From positions 128,946-192,945 of the forward strand of contig JABLXB010000005.1 in NCBI GenBank assembly GCA_013178305.1: 64,000 nucleotides of DNA, written 5' to 3'. Positions 29,622 through 39,542 of the stretch are shown here, piece after piece (positions within the stretch are counted from its first letter, which is position 1; each line of letters begins with the position of its first letter). The notes under the pieces are model-generated. The model was given only the letters and a program-made list of their open reading frames with translations, was not told where the DNA came from and made no database searches. Source of the DNA: Bacillota bacterium (GTDB taxonomy: Bacteria; Bacillota; Sulfobacillia; JABLXB01). A program made the position numbers and the translations under genes.

Positions 29622-30110
29622 CGCGCGGGCTCGCAGGTTGTCGTTTGGTGCCGATTGAAAACTGTGGCTCCCCCGCCTCCCGGGGTCGTATAATCGGAAC
29701 ATGGGATATTGAGGGACTCGGAGGTGTGTTAAGTCGAAATCTACGTGCGGGGAACGGCAAGGAGTAGTCGACCGGCTCCGGGCCCTGAGAGAGGAGCTGG
29801 CGGCATGCCTCGCAGGAAATGACGGGGCTGTCGACACAAGCCGTGTAATGCGGATCGTAAGGCTTATTGATAATATGGTGTCCGATCTCGCGGGGAAGGT
29901 TTGGACGATCCCCGAATGAGGAAACCCCGCCACCCCGGGAGCGCGATGCGGCGGGATCCTTGATGTTGCAGTTGGAGTCCTTGGCCGTTAGCGTGGGCAA
30001 GGGCGTTTGTTTTTTGTGGACCGTGGCGGGCGACGTCGCTGACGCGCCCAGGCATGAACCGGCAGGCCCGGCATATATGGTGGTGATCGGCTAGATCGGA
30101 GGAGGTCCAC

Positions 30111-30425
30111 ATGCCGGGGACTGTTTACGTTTTGGCCGTGGCTTGCGCGGCGGCCCTGTCCCTTCGCGCCAGGACCGCCCAAATACAGCGGGCGTACGAG
30201 GCTGGCGTGGAGAAAGGTATAGAACCCAGGCCGTCCCATCTTTCGAAGGCGGTTGAGGAGACGCTCGCCACTGCGGCCGGGATCTACATCGCGCTGTCGG
30301 CCCTCACGTCGTTCCTGAAGGTATCCATTCCGCCAGTGGCCATACTGGGTGGGCTGTCGGTAGACCCGGTGCCGGCGCTGGCCATCGTGCTGGCCCTCGC
30401 GCAGCCGCTGTTCGGGCGCTGGTAA
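30111..30425 (+). CDS. hypothetical small membrane protein (104 aa, two predicted TM helices)
   Basis: Strong GGAGGAGG SD six nt before the ATG. High GC3. No family recognised. Confidence 0.5.
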   Translation: MPGTVYVLAVACAAALSLRARTAQIQRAYEAGVEKGIEPRPSHLSKAVEETLATAAGIYIALSALTSFLKVSIPPVAILGGLSVDPVPALAIVLALAQPLFGRW

Positions 30426-30439
30426 CTGGTAATAGGTAC

Positions 30440-30467
30440 TTGACAGCCGGGAATCCGGGTGTAGAAT
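30440..30467 (+). promoter_or_regulatory. sigma-A-like promoter upstream of dpaB-asd-dapG-dapA: -35 TTGACA, 16-bp spacer, -10 TAGAAT
   Basis: Read directly. It is followed by a GC-rich leader of about 188 nt before the dpaB ATG. Confidence 0.5.
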
Positions 30468-30655
30468 AACCAGAAAACAGGGAATGCGGTTCCCGTGATT
30501 CTTGCAACAAGGGTGAGCAGGCTCGATTTCGACTACCGCAGTGCGCTGCCGGTGGTCGTTTCTGTCTCGGGGCATCGTGCGGGGGGAGCGAATATACTGG
30601 CAACGGGCCCCGGCGCCATCGCGTCAAGAATGGGGAATTCCGGAGGGAAACGCGC

Positions 30656-31249
30656 ATGATGCTGGATGGGAAGAATCTGGGCTTCTGCGTTACCGGTTCC
30701 TTTCACAATATCCCGAGGGTCCTGCCACAAATCGAGAGGCTCCGGAACGAGGGGGCCTCGGTCACACCGGTGCTGTCGACTCAGGTGGCCAGCCTGGATA
30801 CGAGATTCTACCGCGCCGCCGAGCTCCAGATAGCCATCGAGGCGTTGACGGGCGTGAAGCCATTGACCACCCTGACCGAGGTGGAGCCGCTCGGCCCGAA
30901 GAAGGCGTTCGACGCGGTGGTTGTCGCGCCCTGTACCGGGAACACCCTGGCGAAGATCGCGAACGGCATCACGGACGGCCCGGTGGTGATGGCGGTCAAA
31001 TCACACCTCAGGAACGGCCGGCCTGTCGTCCTGAGTGTCAGCTCCAACGACCTCCTCGGGATCAACGCGCGAAATCTGGGCGTGCTATTGGCCACGAAGA
31101 ACGTGTATTTCGTCCCGTTCGGTCAGGACAACCCATTCGAGAAACCGTCGTCGCTGGACTCCGACCCCTCGCTGATACTGGATTCCGTGGTCGCCGCCTT
31201 GCAAGGACGCCAGATACAGCCTATTCTTATACCAAGGCACAACAAGTAG
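30656..31249 (+). CDS. dpaB: dipicolinate synthase subunit B (flavoprotein)
   Basis: 197 aa flavoprotein-family protein (GFCVTGSFHNI...VVAPCTGNTLAKIANGI). Position upstream of asd matches Bacillus spoVFB. No dpaA-like ORF lies upstream. Confidence 0.85.
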   Translation: MMLDGKNLGFCVTGSFHNIPRVLPQIERLRNEGASVTPVLSTQVASLDTRFYRAAELQIAIEALTGVKPLTTLTEVEPLGPKKAFDAVVVAPCTGNTLAKIANGITDGPVVMAVKSHLRNGRPVVLSVSSNDLLGINARNLGVLLATKNVYFVPFGQDNPFEKPSSLDSDPSLILDSVVAALQGRQIQPILIPRHNK

Positions 31250-31268
31250 TCCTGGGAGGGGATCCGGT

Positions 31269-32267
31269 TTGGCAGGATACAGGGTTGCAGTGGTCGGAGC
31301 GACGGGTGCGGTCGGCAAGACGATCTTGAAGGTGCTTGCCGAGCGGAAGTTCCCCGTGAGGAGCCTCAACCTGTTCGCCACGAGCCGCTCGGCGGGAACC
31401 ACGATCGAGTTCAACGGGACTCCTGTGGAGGTCCGTGAGATAGCCCTGGGGGAGATCAAGGGGGCGGACTTCGCCTTTTTCTGCGCGGCGAGTCAGGCCA
31501 GCAAGGAATTGGCCCCCGCCCTCGCAGCGGCTGGGACGATCGTGATCGACAAGTCCAGCGTGTTCAGGATGGACCCCGCGGTGCCCCTGGTCGTGCCCGA
31601 GGTCAACCCGGGGCGGATCAGGTCGCACAGGGGGATAATAGCCAGCCCGAACTGCTCGACGATACAGCTCGTCGTCGCCATCAAGCCGGTTTACGACATG
31701 TCGCGGATCACGCGGCTGATCGTGTCGAGTTACCAGTCGGTCTCCGGTACCGGTCACGACGCCGTCGACGAACTGGCTGTGCAGACTAGAGTGGTGCTCG
31801 ATGGCGGCAGGGCGGAACCCAGGGTCTACCCGAGGCAGATCGCGTTTAACGCGCTGCCGCACATCGACGCGTTCGAGGAATCGGGGTATACCGGCGAGGA
31901 GATGAAACTCGTACGCGAGACCCGCAAGATCCTCGAGGACGACCAGATGAGGATCACCGCCACGACCGTCCGTGTCCCAGTGTTCTACGGCCATTCCGAG
32001 GCTGTGACGCTTGAGACGTCCAGGCCGCTGGGGGTGCCCGACGTCATCGAACGCTTCTCCCGTGCTCCAGGGGTCGTCGTTTCGGCGGACCCCGCGGACT
32101 ACCACACGGCCGTGGAGTGCGCCGGCAGGGATGAGGTGTTCGTCTCCAGGATCCGGAAAGACATCGCGTTCGACAACGGCATCAGTATGTGGGTCGTCTC
32201 GGACAACCTGAGGAAGGGCGCCGCAACGAACGCGGTGCAGATCGCCGAGATGATAACCGGGGCCTGA
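31269..32267 (+). CDS. asd: aspartate-semialdehyde dehydrogenase
   Basis: TTG start with a [25 protein letters not shown] motif, catalytic SPNCSTI. Confidence 0.9.
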   Translation: MAGYRVAVVGATGAVGKTILKVLAERKFPVRSLNLFATSRSAGTTIEFNGTPVEVREIALGEIKGADFAFFCAASQASKELAPALAAAGTIVIDKSSVFRMDPAVPLVVPEVNPGRIRSHRGIIASPNCSTIQLVVAIKPVYDMSRITRLIVSSYQSVSGTGHDAVDELAVQTRVVLDGGRAEPRVYPRQIAFNALPHIDAFEESGYTGEEMKLVRETRKILEDDQMRITATTVRVPVFYGHSEAVTLETSRPLGVPDVIERFSRAPGVVVSADPADYHTAVECAGRDEVFVSRIRKDIAFDNGISMWVVSDNLRKGAATNAVQIAEMITGA

Positions 32268-32339
32268 ATTCCGCGCCCGACAGGTACCGGGCGCCGCCCT
32301 CCGGCGCCGTTGGCGGGGCGCGACGGTGGGGGATAAGTA

Positions 32340-33602
32340 ATGGGCTCCAGAATGGTGATCGTGCAGAAATTCGGGGGCACGTCGGTTGCGACCGCCGAGG
32401 CCCGCGAGGTGGTCGCGGAGAGGGTTGTGGGGGCCGTGAAGGAAGGCTACCTGCCTGTCGTCGTGGTATCGGCGATGGGGCGGGGGGGCGACCCGTACGC
32501 CACCGACACCCTTATTGAACTGGCGAGGAATGTTCACCGCGACACCGCCCCTCGGGAGATGGACCTGCTGATATCGTGCGGGGAGATAATCTCCTCGGTA
32601 ATCGTCGCGAATACGCTCAAGAAGCGCGACCTGGATGCCATGGTCCTCACGGGTGGCCAGGCCGGCATCATTACTGACGGTAATTTCAACAACGCGATCA
32701 TACTCAGGGTTCAGCCCGACCACCTCCTGCGGCACATTGACGAGGGCAGGATTGTGGTGGTGTGCGGGTTCCAGGGTGTAACGGAGAACGGCGACGTCAC
32801 CACCCTCGGCCGCGGTGGGAGCGACACCACGGCGGCGGCGCTGGGGGCGGCGGTTGAGGCGGCCGTCGTGGACATCTACACGGACGTGGACGGGATTAAG
32901 ACAGCCGACCCGAAGATGGTCCCGGAAGCGAGGACGATAGAGCGCATGACCTACGAGGAAGTCGCGCAAATCGCGGTGCAGGGGGCGAAAGTGATTCACC
33001 CGCGCGCCGTGGAGATATGCCGGCGCGCAAGCATACCCCTGAGGATCAGGTCGACGTTTAGCGAATCCCCGGGTACGCTGGTGGCAGGAGCGGTGGAGCC
33101 GGGGCGAAAGTGGCCGGAGATCGCTGCGGCGAGGCCGGTGACGGCGATCGCCCACCTGTGCCCCGTCGCACAGTTCAAGGTGCCTGCCACTACCGGTGAA
33201 GACGGCGCCGGCGCGGGGGGCCGGAGGCTCTTCCGTGCTCTGGCGGAGGCCGGCATCAGCGTCGACATGATCACGGTGACGCCGGAGATGAACTGCTTCA
33301 TCGTGCCGGAGGCCGTGGCCGAAAGGGCGTCCGCGGTCGTTTCGTCGATCGGACTCGAGCCCGGCTTAAAGCGGGGCTGCGGCAAGGTTTCGGTGGTGGG
33401 CCACGGGATGACTGGCAGGCCGGGTGTTATGGCGGACGTGTCTGACGCGCTTGCCGGCGCCGGCATTCCGATACTGCAGACGTGCGATTCCAACACGACG
33501 ATCTCCTGCCTCATACCAGCCGCCGGCATCGCCGCGGCGATGAGATCGCTTCACGAGAAGTTCTCGCTCGGAGGGAATAACAGATGTTTGGCAGGCTCCT
33601 GA
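32340..33602 (+). CDS. dapG: aspartokinase (DapG-like, with ACT domains)
   Basis: [10 protein letters not shown] start region and [15 protein letters not shown] motif. Confidence 0.9.
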   Translation: MGSRMVIVQKFGGTSVATAEAREVVAERVVGAVKEGYLPVVVVSAMGRGGDPYATDTLIELARNVHRDTAPREMDLLISCGEIISSVIVANTLKKRDLDAMVLTGGQAGIITDGNFNNAIILRVQPDHLLRHIDEGRIVVVCGFQGVTENGDVTTLGRGGSDTTAAALGAAVEAAVVDIYTDVDGIKTADPKMVPEARTIERMTYEEVAQIAVQGAKVIHPRAVEICRRASIPLRIRSTFSESPGTLVAGAVEPGRKWPEIAAARPVTAIAHLCPVAQFKVPATTGEDGAGAGGRRLFRALAEAGISVDMITVTPEMNCFIVPEAVAERASAVVSSIGLEPGLKRGCGKVSVVGHGMTGRPGVMADVSDALAGAGIPILQTCDSNTTISCLIPAAGIAAAMRSLHEKFSLGGNNRCLAGS

Positions 33603-34462
33603 CCGCGATGGTTACACCGTTCAACAGTGACCTTGAGGTGGACTTCAGGCGCGCGGAAGAGCTGGCGGACCGGCTCGTGGCCGCGGGCTCGGACGGCCTG
33701 GTCGTGGGTGGGACCACCGGTGAATCGCCCACCCTGAGTACGCAGGAGAAGGTGGAATTGGCCCGGGTGGTGGCTCGCGCGGTGGGCGACAGGGCTGTGG
33801 TGCTGGCAGGCACGGGCTCCAACTCGACCGCGGCGAGTATCGAGTTGACGAGGAAGGCCGAGGCTACGGGGGTCCACGGCGTGATGCTCGTGGCGCCCTA
33901 CTACAACAAGCCGTCCCAGGAGGGTTTGTACAGGCATTTCAGGGCCATCGCGGAGACGACCGGCCTCCCTGTCATGCTGTACAACGTGCCTGGCCGGACG
34001 TCCGTCAACATGCTGCCGGCAACGGTGCTCAGACTTGCTGAGGTAAAGAACATCGTGGCGCTCAAGGAGGCTTCCGGCAGCCTGGACCAGGCCGCGGAGG
34101 TAATCTCCAGGGCGCCCGAGTCGTTCGCCGTATACAGCGGGGACGACTCACTCACGCTCCCCATGATGTCGGTCGGGGGTAGGGGTGTGGTAAGCGTCGC
34201 GTCGCACGTGGTAGGGACGGAGCTCGAGAATATGATAGAGGCGTACTGTCGCGGCGAGGTATCCACGGCCCGAGACATCCACCTCAAGATGTTTCCCCTC
34301 TTCAAAGCGCTGTTCATTACGACCAACCCCGTCCCGGTAAAGGCCGCGCTGCGGATGACTGGGTTCGACTGCGGCGGTGTGAGGCAGCCGCTCTGGCAGA
34401 TGGAACCCAAAGAAGAAGACGCATTGAGGTCTTGCATTAAGGCGCTCGGCTTGATCCCGTGA
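33584..34462 (+). CDS. dapA: 4-hydroxy-tetrahydrodipicolinate synthase
   Basis: TAMVTPF, GTTGE and catalytic Lys region (ALKEASG). 19-bp overlap with dapG. Confidence 0.9.
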   Translation: MFGRLLTAMVTPFNSDLEVDFRRAEELADRLVAAGSDGLVVGGTTGESPTLSTQEKVELARVVARAVGDRAVVLAGTGSNSTAASIELTRKAEATGVHGVMLVAPYYNKPSQEGLYRHFRAIAETTGLPVMLYNVPGRTSVNMLPATVLRLAEVKNIVALKEASGSLDQAAEVISRAPESFAVYSGDDSLTLPMMSVGGRGVVSVASHVVGTELENMIEAYCRGEVSTARDIHLKMFPLFKALFITTNPVPVKAALRMTGFDCGGVRQPLWQMEPKEEDALRSCIKALGLIP

Positions 34463-34480
34463 CGGGCTCGATATGCGCGC

Positions 34481-34509
34481 TTGTCCCCGGGTGGCCGATT
34501 CAGTATAAT
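34481..34509 (+). promoter_or_regulatory. sigma-A-like promoter of rnj: -35 TTGTCC, 17-bp spacer, -10 TATAAT
   Basis: Read directly. Followed by a leader of about 40 nt and a GGAGGGGA SD. Confidence 0.5.
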
Positions 34510-34550
34510 TTGGAGGGGATCCGGAAGATGTAATACCGTGAGGTGTAGGG

Positions 34551-36215
34551 ATGAAACGCAGCACGCACGCGGTAAGCGTTGTTGCACTCGGCGGCTTCGG
34601 CGAAATCGGCAAGAACATGATGGCGGTCAGGTACCGAGACGAGATCGTAGTAATCGACGCCGGCCTTGCATTTCCCGAGGAGGAAATGCTGGGCGTCGAC
34701 ATCGTGATACCGGATATCACGTACCTCCTCGAGAACAGGAAGATGGTGAAGGGCATAGTCCTGACGCACGGTCATGAGGACCACGTCGGGGCTCTGCCCT
34801 ACGTCCTCAAGCAGCTCAACGTCCCCGTCTACGGCACGAAGCTCACCCTCGGCCTCGTCAGGCGGAAGCTCAAGGAGCACAACATCGACGATCCCGACCT
34901 GAGGGAGGTCCGGCCGCGACAGCGGATCGACGTAGGACGGCTGGACATCGAGTTCTTCCGCGTCAACCATAGCATCGCGGACTGTGTTGGCGTGGCGATC
35001 CACACCCCGGCCGGCACTGTCGTCCACAGCGGCGACTTCAAGTTCGACCAGACACCTGTGGATGGCGAGGTAGCCGACTTCCACAAGTTGGCGGAACTCG
35101 GGGACGGCGGGGTGCTGGCGCTCCTCTCGGACAGCACGAACGCCGACCGCCCCGGGTACACGCCCTCGGAGCGCGTGGTGGGCAAGAACCTTCGCGACAT
35201 CTTTGCCTCAAACGATTCGCGCGTGTTGGTGGCGAGCTTCGCCAGTCACGTGCTGAGGATCCAGCAGGTGATCACCGCGGCCGCGGAGTTCGGCCGGAAG
35301 GTCGCCGTGGTGGGCCGGAGCATGGAGAACGTCGTGGAAGTCGCGCTGGAATTGGGATACATACACGCTCCTGAGAATGTCCTGGTTGACGTCGAGGAGG
35401 CGGTCAGGATGCCGCCGTCCAAGGTGGCCATGCTGACGACGGGCAGCCAGGGTGAGCCGATGTCCGCGCTGGCCAGGATCGCGACGGCGGAGCACAAGAA
35501 GATCGACATTATCCCGGGGGACATCGTGATAATCGCGGCGTCGCCGGTACCGGGCAACGAGACCACTGTCATGAGGACGATCGACAACCTGTTCAGGCGC
35601 GGCGCGAGAGTGGTCTACGAGGCCTCGTCCGGAGTACACGTGTCCGGTCACGCCAGCCAGGAGGAGCTGAAACTCATGCTTAACCTGGTAAGGCCGAAAT
35701 ACTTCGTTCCCATCCACGGCGAGTACCGGCACCTCATGCACCACGCCGAACTCGCCGAGCACGTCGGCATTCCGAGGGCGAACATTCTCGTCGGGGAAAA
35801 CGGGACTGTGTTCGAGTTCTTATCGGACCGCGCGAAATTCGGCGACATGGTGGCGCACGGTAACGTCATGGTCGACGGGCTCAGTGTGGGCGATGTCGGC
35901 AGCGTGGTGCTGCGCGACCGCAAGCAGCTCGCCGAGGACGGGATACTCATCGTCGTAGTCGTCGTCGACAGTGAAACGAAGGAGCTACTGTCGGGACCAG
36001 ACATCGTCACGCGCGGCTTCGTGTACGTGCGCGAATCCGAGCCGCTTATGGAGGATGCGCGCGGGCTGGTGAGGCAGAGGGTTGAGGAATGCGTGGCATC
36101 AGGAGTCCGTGAGTGGCCGGCCATCAAGTCTGCTGTCAAGGAGTCGCTCTCGGCGTTCTTCCACGAACGACTCGGGCGGCGACCGCTGATACTGCCGGTG
36201 ATAATGGAGGTCTGA
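34551..36215 (+). CDS. rnj: ribonuclease J
   Basis: Metallo-beta-lactamase and beta-CASP (LTHGHEDHVGALPY..., HASGHASQEEL), 554 aa. Syntenic with Bacillus ymfA. Confidence 0.9.
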   Translation: MKRSTHAVSVVALGGFGEIGKNMMAVRYRDEIVVIDAGLAFPEEEMLGVDIVIPDITYLLENRKMVKGIVLTHGHEDHVGALPYVLKQLNVPVYGTKLTLGLVRRKLKEHNIDDPDLREVRPRQRIDVGRLDIEFFRVNHSIADCVGVAIHTPAGTVVHSGDFKFDQTPVDGEVADFHKLAELGDGGVLALLSDSTNADRPGYTPSERVVGKNLRDIFASNDSRVLVASFASHVLRIQQVITAAAEFGRKVAVVGRSMENVVEVALELGYIHAPENVLVDVEEAVRMPPSKVAMLTTGSQGEPMSALARIATAEHKKIDIIPGDIVIIAASPVPGNETTVMRTIDNLFRRGARVVYEASSGVHVSGHASQEELKLMLNLVRPKYFVPIHGEYRHLMHHAELAEHVGIPRANILVGENGTVFEFLSDRAKFGDMVAHGNVMVDGLSVGDVGSVVLRDRKQLAEDGILIVVVVVDSETKELLSGPDIVTRGFVYVRESEPLMEDARGLVRQRVEECVASGVREWPAIKSAVKESLSAFFHERLGRRPLILPVIMEV

Positions 36216-36216
36216 G

Positions 36217-36285
36217 CCAGGCCCCTGCGAACATGTGTGCCTGGCGCCCCCGAGTGGTGCCAGGCCGGTTTCATTTTGAAAAGCC
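36217..36285 (+). terminator. tandem GC-rich hairpins ending in GGTTTCATTTT downstream of rnj
   Basis: GCCAGGC/GCCTGGC inverted repeats followed by a T-run. Confidence 0.45.
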
Positions 36286-36440
36286 TCGCTGAAGCGCAAC
36301 TTGCAGAGCGCACTGTCCCTCTTAAGTCATTCCTCGTCAACATCGACGAGAGGATCGCCCGCATTCAACCGCTGCATATTACACCTGCGTTTCCTCGAAT
36401 ACTAGCCATCGTATGCGGGCTTTTCGAGGGGGAGCGGCAT

Positions 36441-37190
36441 TTGGCTGGCACACGAGGGGATTTCCCTCCGGATACGAGACGGGAAAACGCCGGCAACACC
36501 GAGCCGAAGCGCGTCCAACATGAGGACGCCGCGGCGAACATCCAGGACCTGGGCGTCACCGACGTGCCCAGGATGAAGAGCGATATCCACTGCCTCACCA
36601 TCGTGGGGCAGGTAGAGGGTCACATCATCCTGCCCCCGCAGAACAAGACGACGAAGTACGAGCACATCATCCCCCAGCTGGTGGCGGTGGAACAGAACCC
36701 CGATATCAAGGGCCTGCTGGTGATGCTCAACACCGTCGGAGGCGACGTCGAAGCGGGACTGGCGATAGCGGAGCTGCTGGCGAGTCTGTCTAAACCCACT
36801 GTGTCACTGGTGCTGGGAGGAGGGCACAGCATCGGCGTGCCTATCGCGGTCAGCACGGATTACTCGCTGATCGCCGAGACGGCCACGATGACGATCCACC
36901 CGATAAGGCTGACCGGCCTCGTGATAGGCGTCCCGCAGACCTACGAGTACCTTGACAAGATGCAGGACAGGGTGGTCAAGTTCGTCGTCGGCAACTCGCG
37001 CATAACCGTGGAGAAGTACCGCGAGCTCATGTTCAGGACCGGGGAACTCGCCCGCGACATTGGGACGGTGCTCGTGGGGCGGGACGCGGTGAACGCGGGG
37101 CTCATCGACGAAGTGGGCGGGCTATCGCGCGCGGTGCAGAAGATGAGGGAACTGGTGGACCAGCGTGAGGAGGCGGGACTCCGGCATTGA
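36441..37190 (+). CDS. tepA: ClpP-like translocation-enhancing protein TepA (YmfB)
   Basis: ClpP fold without the canonical Ser-His-Asp spacing ([13 protein letters not shown]...). Likely start TTG 36441 after a GAGGGGGAG SD, giving 249 aa. The ORF-track start at 36237 would run through the rnj terminator. Confidence 0.7.
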   Translation: MAGTRGDFPPDTRRENAGNTEPKRVQHEDAAANIQDLGVTDVPRMKSDIHCLTIVGQVEGHIILPPQNKTTKYEHIIPQLVAVEQNPDIKGLLVMLNTVGGDVEAGLAIAELLASLSKPTVSLVLGGGHSIGVPIAVSTDYSLIAETATMTIHPIRLTGLVIGVPQTYEYLDKMQDRVVKFVVGNSRITVEKYRELMFRTGELARDIGTVLVGRDAVNAGLIDEVGGLSRAVQKMRELVDQREEAGLRH

Positions 37191-37408
37191 TACTGTATAC
37201 CGTGATGCCCATTGAGGAAATCATGCAGCAGGAAGAGCGCCGGCGTTCGTTCGAGATACGGGTGCGCGGGCGCACGGTCCTGATCGAGCCGGTGTCGCCC
37301 ACAGAAGGGCGGGTCGTGCGCGTCATATCGACCGACCCCCAGGATTTCCTCGATTCAAGCCTGCAGCCTGGTAGCATGGTCAATCTCTGGGGCGGGTTCA
37401 ACTCCTGA
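37187..37408 (+). CDS. ylzJ: YlzJ-like small sporulation-associated protein
   Basis: 73 aa, [12 protein letters not shown]... ATG overlaps the tepA stop (ATGA). A tepA-ylzJ pairing is conserved in endospore formers; family assignment is from memory. Confidence 0.5.
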   Translation: MILYTVMPIEEIMQQEERRRSFEIRVRGRTVLIEPVSPTEGRVVRVISTDPQDFLDSSLQPGSMVNLWGGFNS

Positions 37409-37429
37409 ACTGCCCGGTACATTCGCCAT

Positions 37430-37461
37430 GGCGGCGTGAGAACGCCGCCTTTTCGCTTTTT
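37430..37461 (+). terminator. rho-independent terminator (GGCGGCG TGAGAA CGCCGCC then TTTTCGCTTTTT)
   Basis: Perfect 7-bp GC stem followed by a T-tract, immediately after ylzJ. Confidence 0.7.
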
Positions 37462-37552
37462 CCAGAGAGTAAACGGCTCCGGTAATAAGCGGCGGCCTCC
37501 AGCATTAGGATTGAGTGCGCGGCGGCCCGTGCCGTGAACGATACACCGTCGC

Positions 37553-38518
37553 GTGGTGGTACGCTTGCCTGTCTCACCCGTGGCGGTAGTCGCACGCCTT
37601 GTGGCCGGGCTGCTGCTGTTCAGAGCAGGGGTCGGCTGGCTCGGGGCATTATTCCGGGGCGTAGCGGGCACGAGCGCCGCCCGCGCGGCGAGGATTGTGG
37701 GGAATAACCGGTTCGCAGCGGTAACGCTAGGGGCGCTGGCTACCGCGTGCATGCTATCGTCGGGGGCCGTGACGGCGATGGTCGTGCAGGTGACGGGCGC
37801 CGGCCTCATCAGCCTCGAAACGGGCATATGCCTGGTACTAGGCGCGAACGTCGGGACTACGCTGACCGCCCACCTCGTCGCGTTCGACATTCACCGGCAT
37901 TCTCCAGGAATAATTGCCGCGGGCATCGCGCTGGGGTTTGTCGCGCGCTGGCACCCCCGCCGGTGGCGGCGGCGTGCGCGGTTCCTGGGCGGGTCTCTCG
38001 CTGCCGTGGGGCTGGTGCTTTCCGGGATGGCGGTCGTGAGCGACGCCGTCGCACCCGTGGTCGCGTCCCCGACCGTGATGGAGTGGGTTTCCACGGCGGC
38101 GGGGCGCCCGGTGCTGGGGGTAATTGTGGGCGCCCTCGCGACGGCTGTGGCCATGTCCTCGGGCCTCACGACCGGCCTGGTGGTCGCGATGTGCGCGAGG
38201 GGAAGCATGGGCCTCGACGGCGCCATACCCCTTGTGCTGGGGGCCAACATCGGGACCTGCGCCACAGCCGTGCTGGCTGCCTGCGGGTCGGGGCCTGCCG
38301 CGAGGCGGGTCGCGGCGGCACACCTCGCGTTCAACGTGCTGTCGGCCGCCGTGTGCCTGTTCTGCCTCGGCCCGTTCACGGCGCTGGTAGCGCTGACCGG
38401 GAGCACGGCGGCGGCCCGTGCTGCGAACGCGCACAGCCTGTTTAACCTCATTGGACTCGCCCTCGCGCTTCCCGCCGTTGGACCGGTAACGCGCCTGCTG
38501 GAGGCGAGGGTACGGTGA
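37553..38518 (+). CDS. Na/Pi-cotransporter (PNaS) family membrane protein, short two-repeat form
   Basis: Two internal repeats, each with SSGA.T.MVV and LGAN(V/I)GT motifs. Confidence 0.6.
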   Translation: MVVRLPVSPVAVVARLVAGLLLFRAGVGWLGALFRGVAGTSAARAARIVGNNRFAAVTLGALATACMLSSGAVTAMVVQVTGAGLISLETGICLVLGANVGTTLTAHLVAFDIHRHSPGIIAAGIALGFVARWHPRRWRRRARFLGGSLAAVGLVLSGMAVVSDAVAPVVASPTVMEWVSTAAGRPVLGVIVGALATAVAMSSGLTTGLVVAMCARGSMGLDGAIPLVLGANIGTCATAVLAACGSGPAARRVAAAHLAFNVLSAAVCLFCLGPFTALVALTGSTAAARAANAHSLFNLIGLALALPAVGPVTRLLEARVR

Positions 38519-38602
38519 GGCTGGTGGCCTGCGTCAGGCGGGCCGGCAGCCGGCGCGTGACGGCCGCCCCGGGTGAAGGTCAAGCGCCTTGCCCCGTCGA
38601 AA

Positions 38603-39493
38603 ATGGAGGCGCGGCCGTCGTGGGTTCCTGCGACGGCGACTACCGTGGTGGGGGGCCTGCCGGTGCCGGCGACGTGGGCGCTAATTCTCGGGATAATTCA
38701 AGGTCTGACTGAGTTTCTACCGGTGTCGAGTTCGGGGCACCTCGTGATAGCGCAGGGGCTGTTCGGGGTCAAGCCCCCCGGCATTGCCGTCGAGGTTGCA
38801 GCGCACGCCGGGACGCTGGGCGCGATTCTGGCGGTATACGGGCGGGACGCGGTCAGGATCGCGGCGGGCTTCCTGGAAGGGATAACGGGAGGGGCAGCGC
38901 GTCGAGGGCGTGAATTCAGGCTGGCTCTCCTGATAGTGCTGGCCTCAGTTCCGGCCGCGGCGGCCGGCCTGCTCTGGAAGGATGCGTTCGAGGGGGCTTT
39001 CGAGAGCACGATCGTGGCCGGTTTTGGGCTGGTAGCCACCGGAATCATACTACTTCTTGCGTCGGGTACGCGCATGGTAGGCCTGGGTAACCCGCATCCG
39101 GGCGACATGAGCGCCGGCAGGGCGCTGTTCGTCGGGGTCGCGCAGGCGGTTGCGATTGTGCCGGGCATATCGAGATCCGGGTTCACCATATCGGCGGGGG
39201 TCGCCGCCGGTCTCGGCAGGGAAGACGCCGCGATGTTCTCGTTCCTGCTGGCCATTCCCGCGGTGGCGGGGGCCACGCTGCTCGGACTGCGCGACATCGC
39301 AAGCGGCGGACTACCCGCCGGCGTGTCCGCTGGGTCGCTGGTGATCGTCGCGTTGTCGGCCATGGTGTCCGGGATTGCGGCGCTCCGGTTCTTCATAGGG
39401 ACGCTCAAGCGTGGCGGCCTGCGGCCGTTCGCTTTCTACTGCTTCGCGGCGGGGGCTGCTGCGCTGCTAACGACGTTGATTGGTGGCAGATAG
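38603..39493 (+). CDS. uppP: undecaprenyl-diphosphatase (BacA/UppP)
   Basis: ILGIIQGLTEFLPVSSSGHL signature. The start is ambiguous: 38573 GTG, 38603 ATG, or GTGs at 38645-38663. Confidence 0.85.
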   Translation: MEARPSWVPATATTVVGGLPVPATWALILGIIQGLTEFLPVSSSGHLVIAQGLFGVKPPGIAVEVAAHAGTLGAILAVYGRDAVRIAAGFLEGITGGAARRGREFRLALLIVLASVPAAAAGLLWKDAFEGAFESTIVAGFGLVATGIILLLASGTRMVGLGNPHPGDMSAGRALFVGVAQAVAIVPGISRSGFTISAGVAAGLGREDAAMFSFLLAIPAVAGATLLGLRDIASGGLPAGVSAGSLVIVALSAMVSGIAALRFFIGTLKRGGLRPFAFYCFAAGAAALLTTLIGGR

Positions 39494-39542
39494 TGGCAGC
39501 AGGGCAGGAGTCCGGCCCTGACCGTCGAACCTCCGCACAGAG

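Noticed and set aside
30468-30655. Candidate lysine (L-box) riboswitch in the leader before dpaB-asd-dapG-dapA
   Set aside because: The leader lacks the conserved L-box core elements (the AGAGG.GC 5' strand and a GAGGCGC-type junction as I recall them). It is kept only as an unexplained structured leader in the findings.
31227-33155. 642-aa minus-strand ORF antisense to asd and dapG
   Set aside because: Same artefact class: an Arg-rich nonsense translation covering two conserved metabolic genes.
36237-36440. N-terminal 68 codons of the six-frame tepA ORF
   Set aside because: It would require translation to begin inside the rnj terminator hairpins. A TTG with a strong SD at 36441 gives a TepA of typical length.
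36444-36466. TGGCAC-containing segment considered as a possible sigma-54 (-24/-12) promoter
   Set aside because: There is no matching TTGC -12 element at the correct spacing. No other convincing -24/-12 site was found near the EBP-like regulator.
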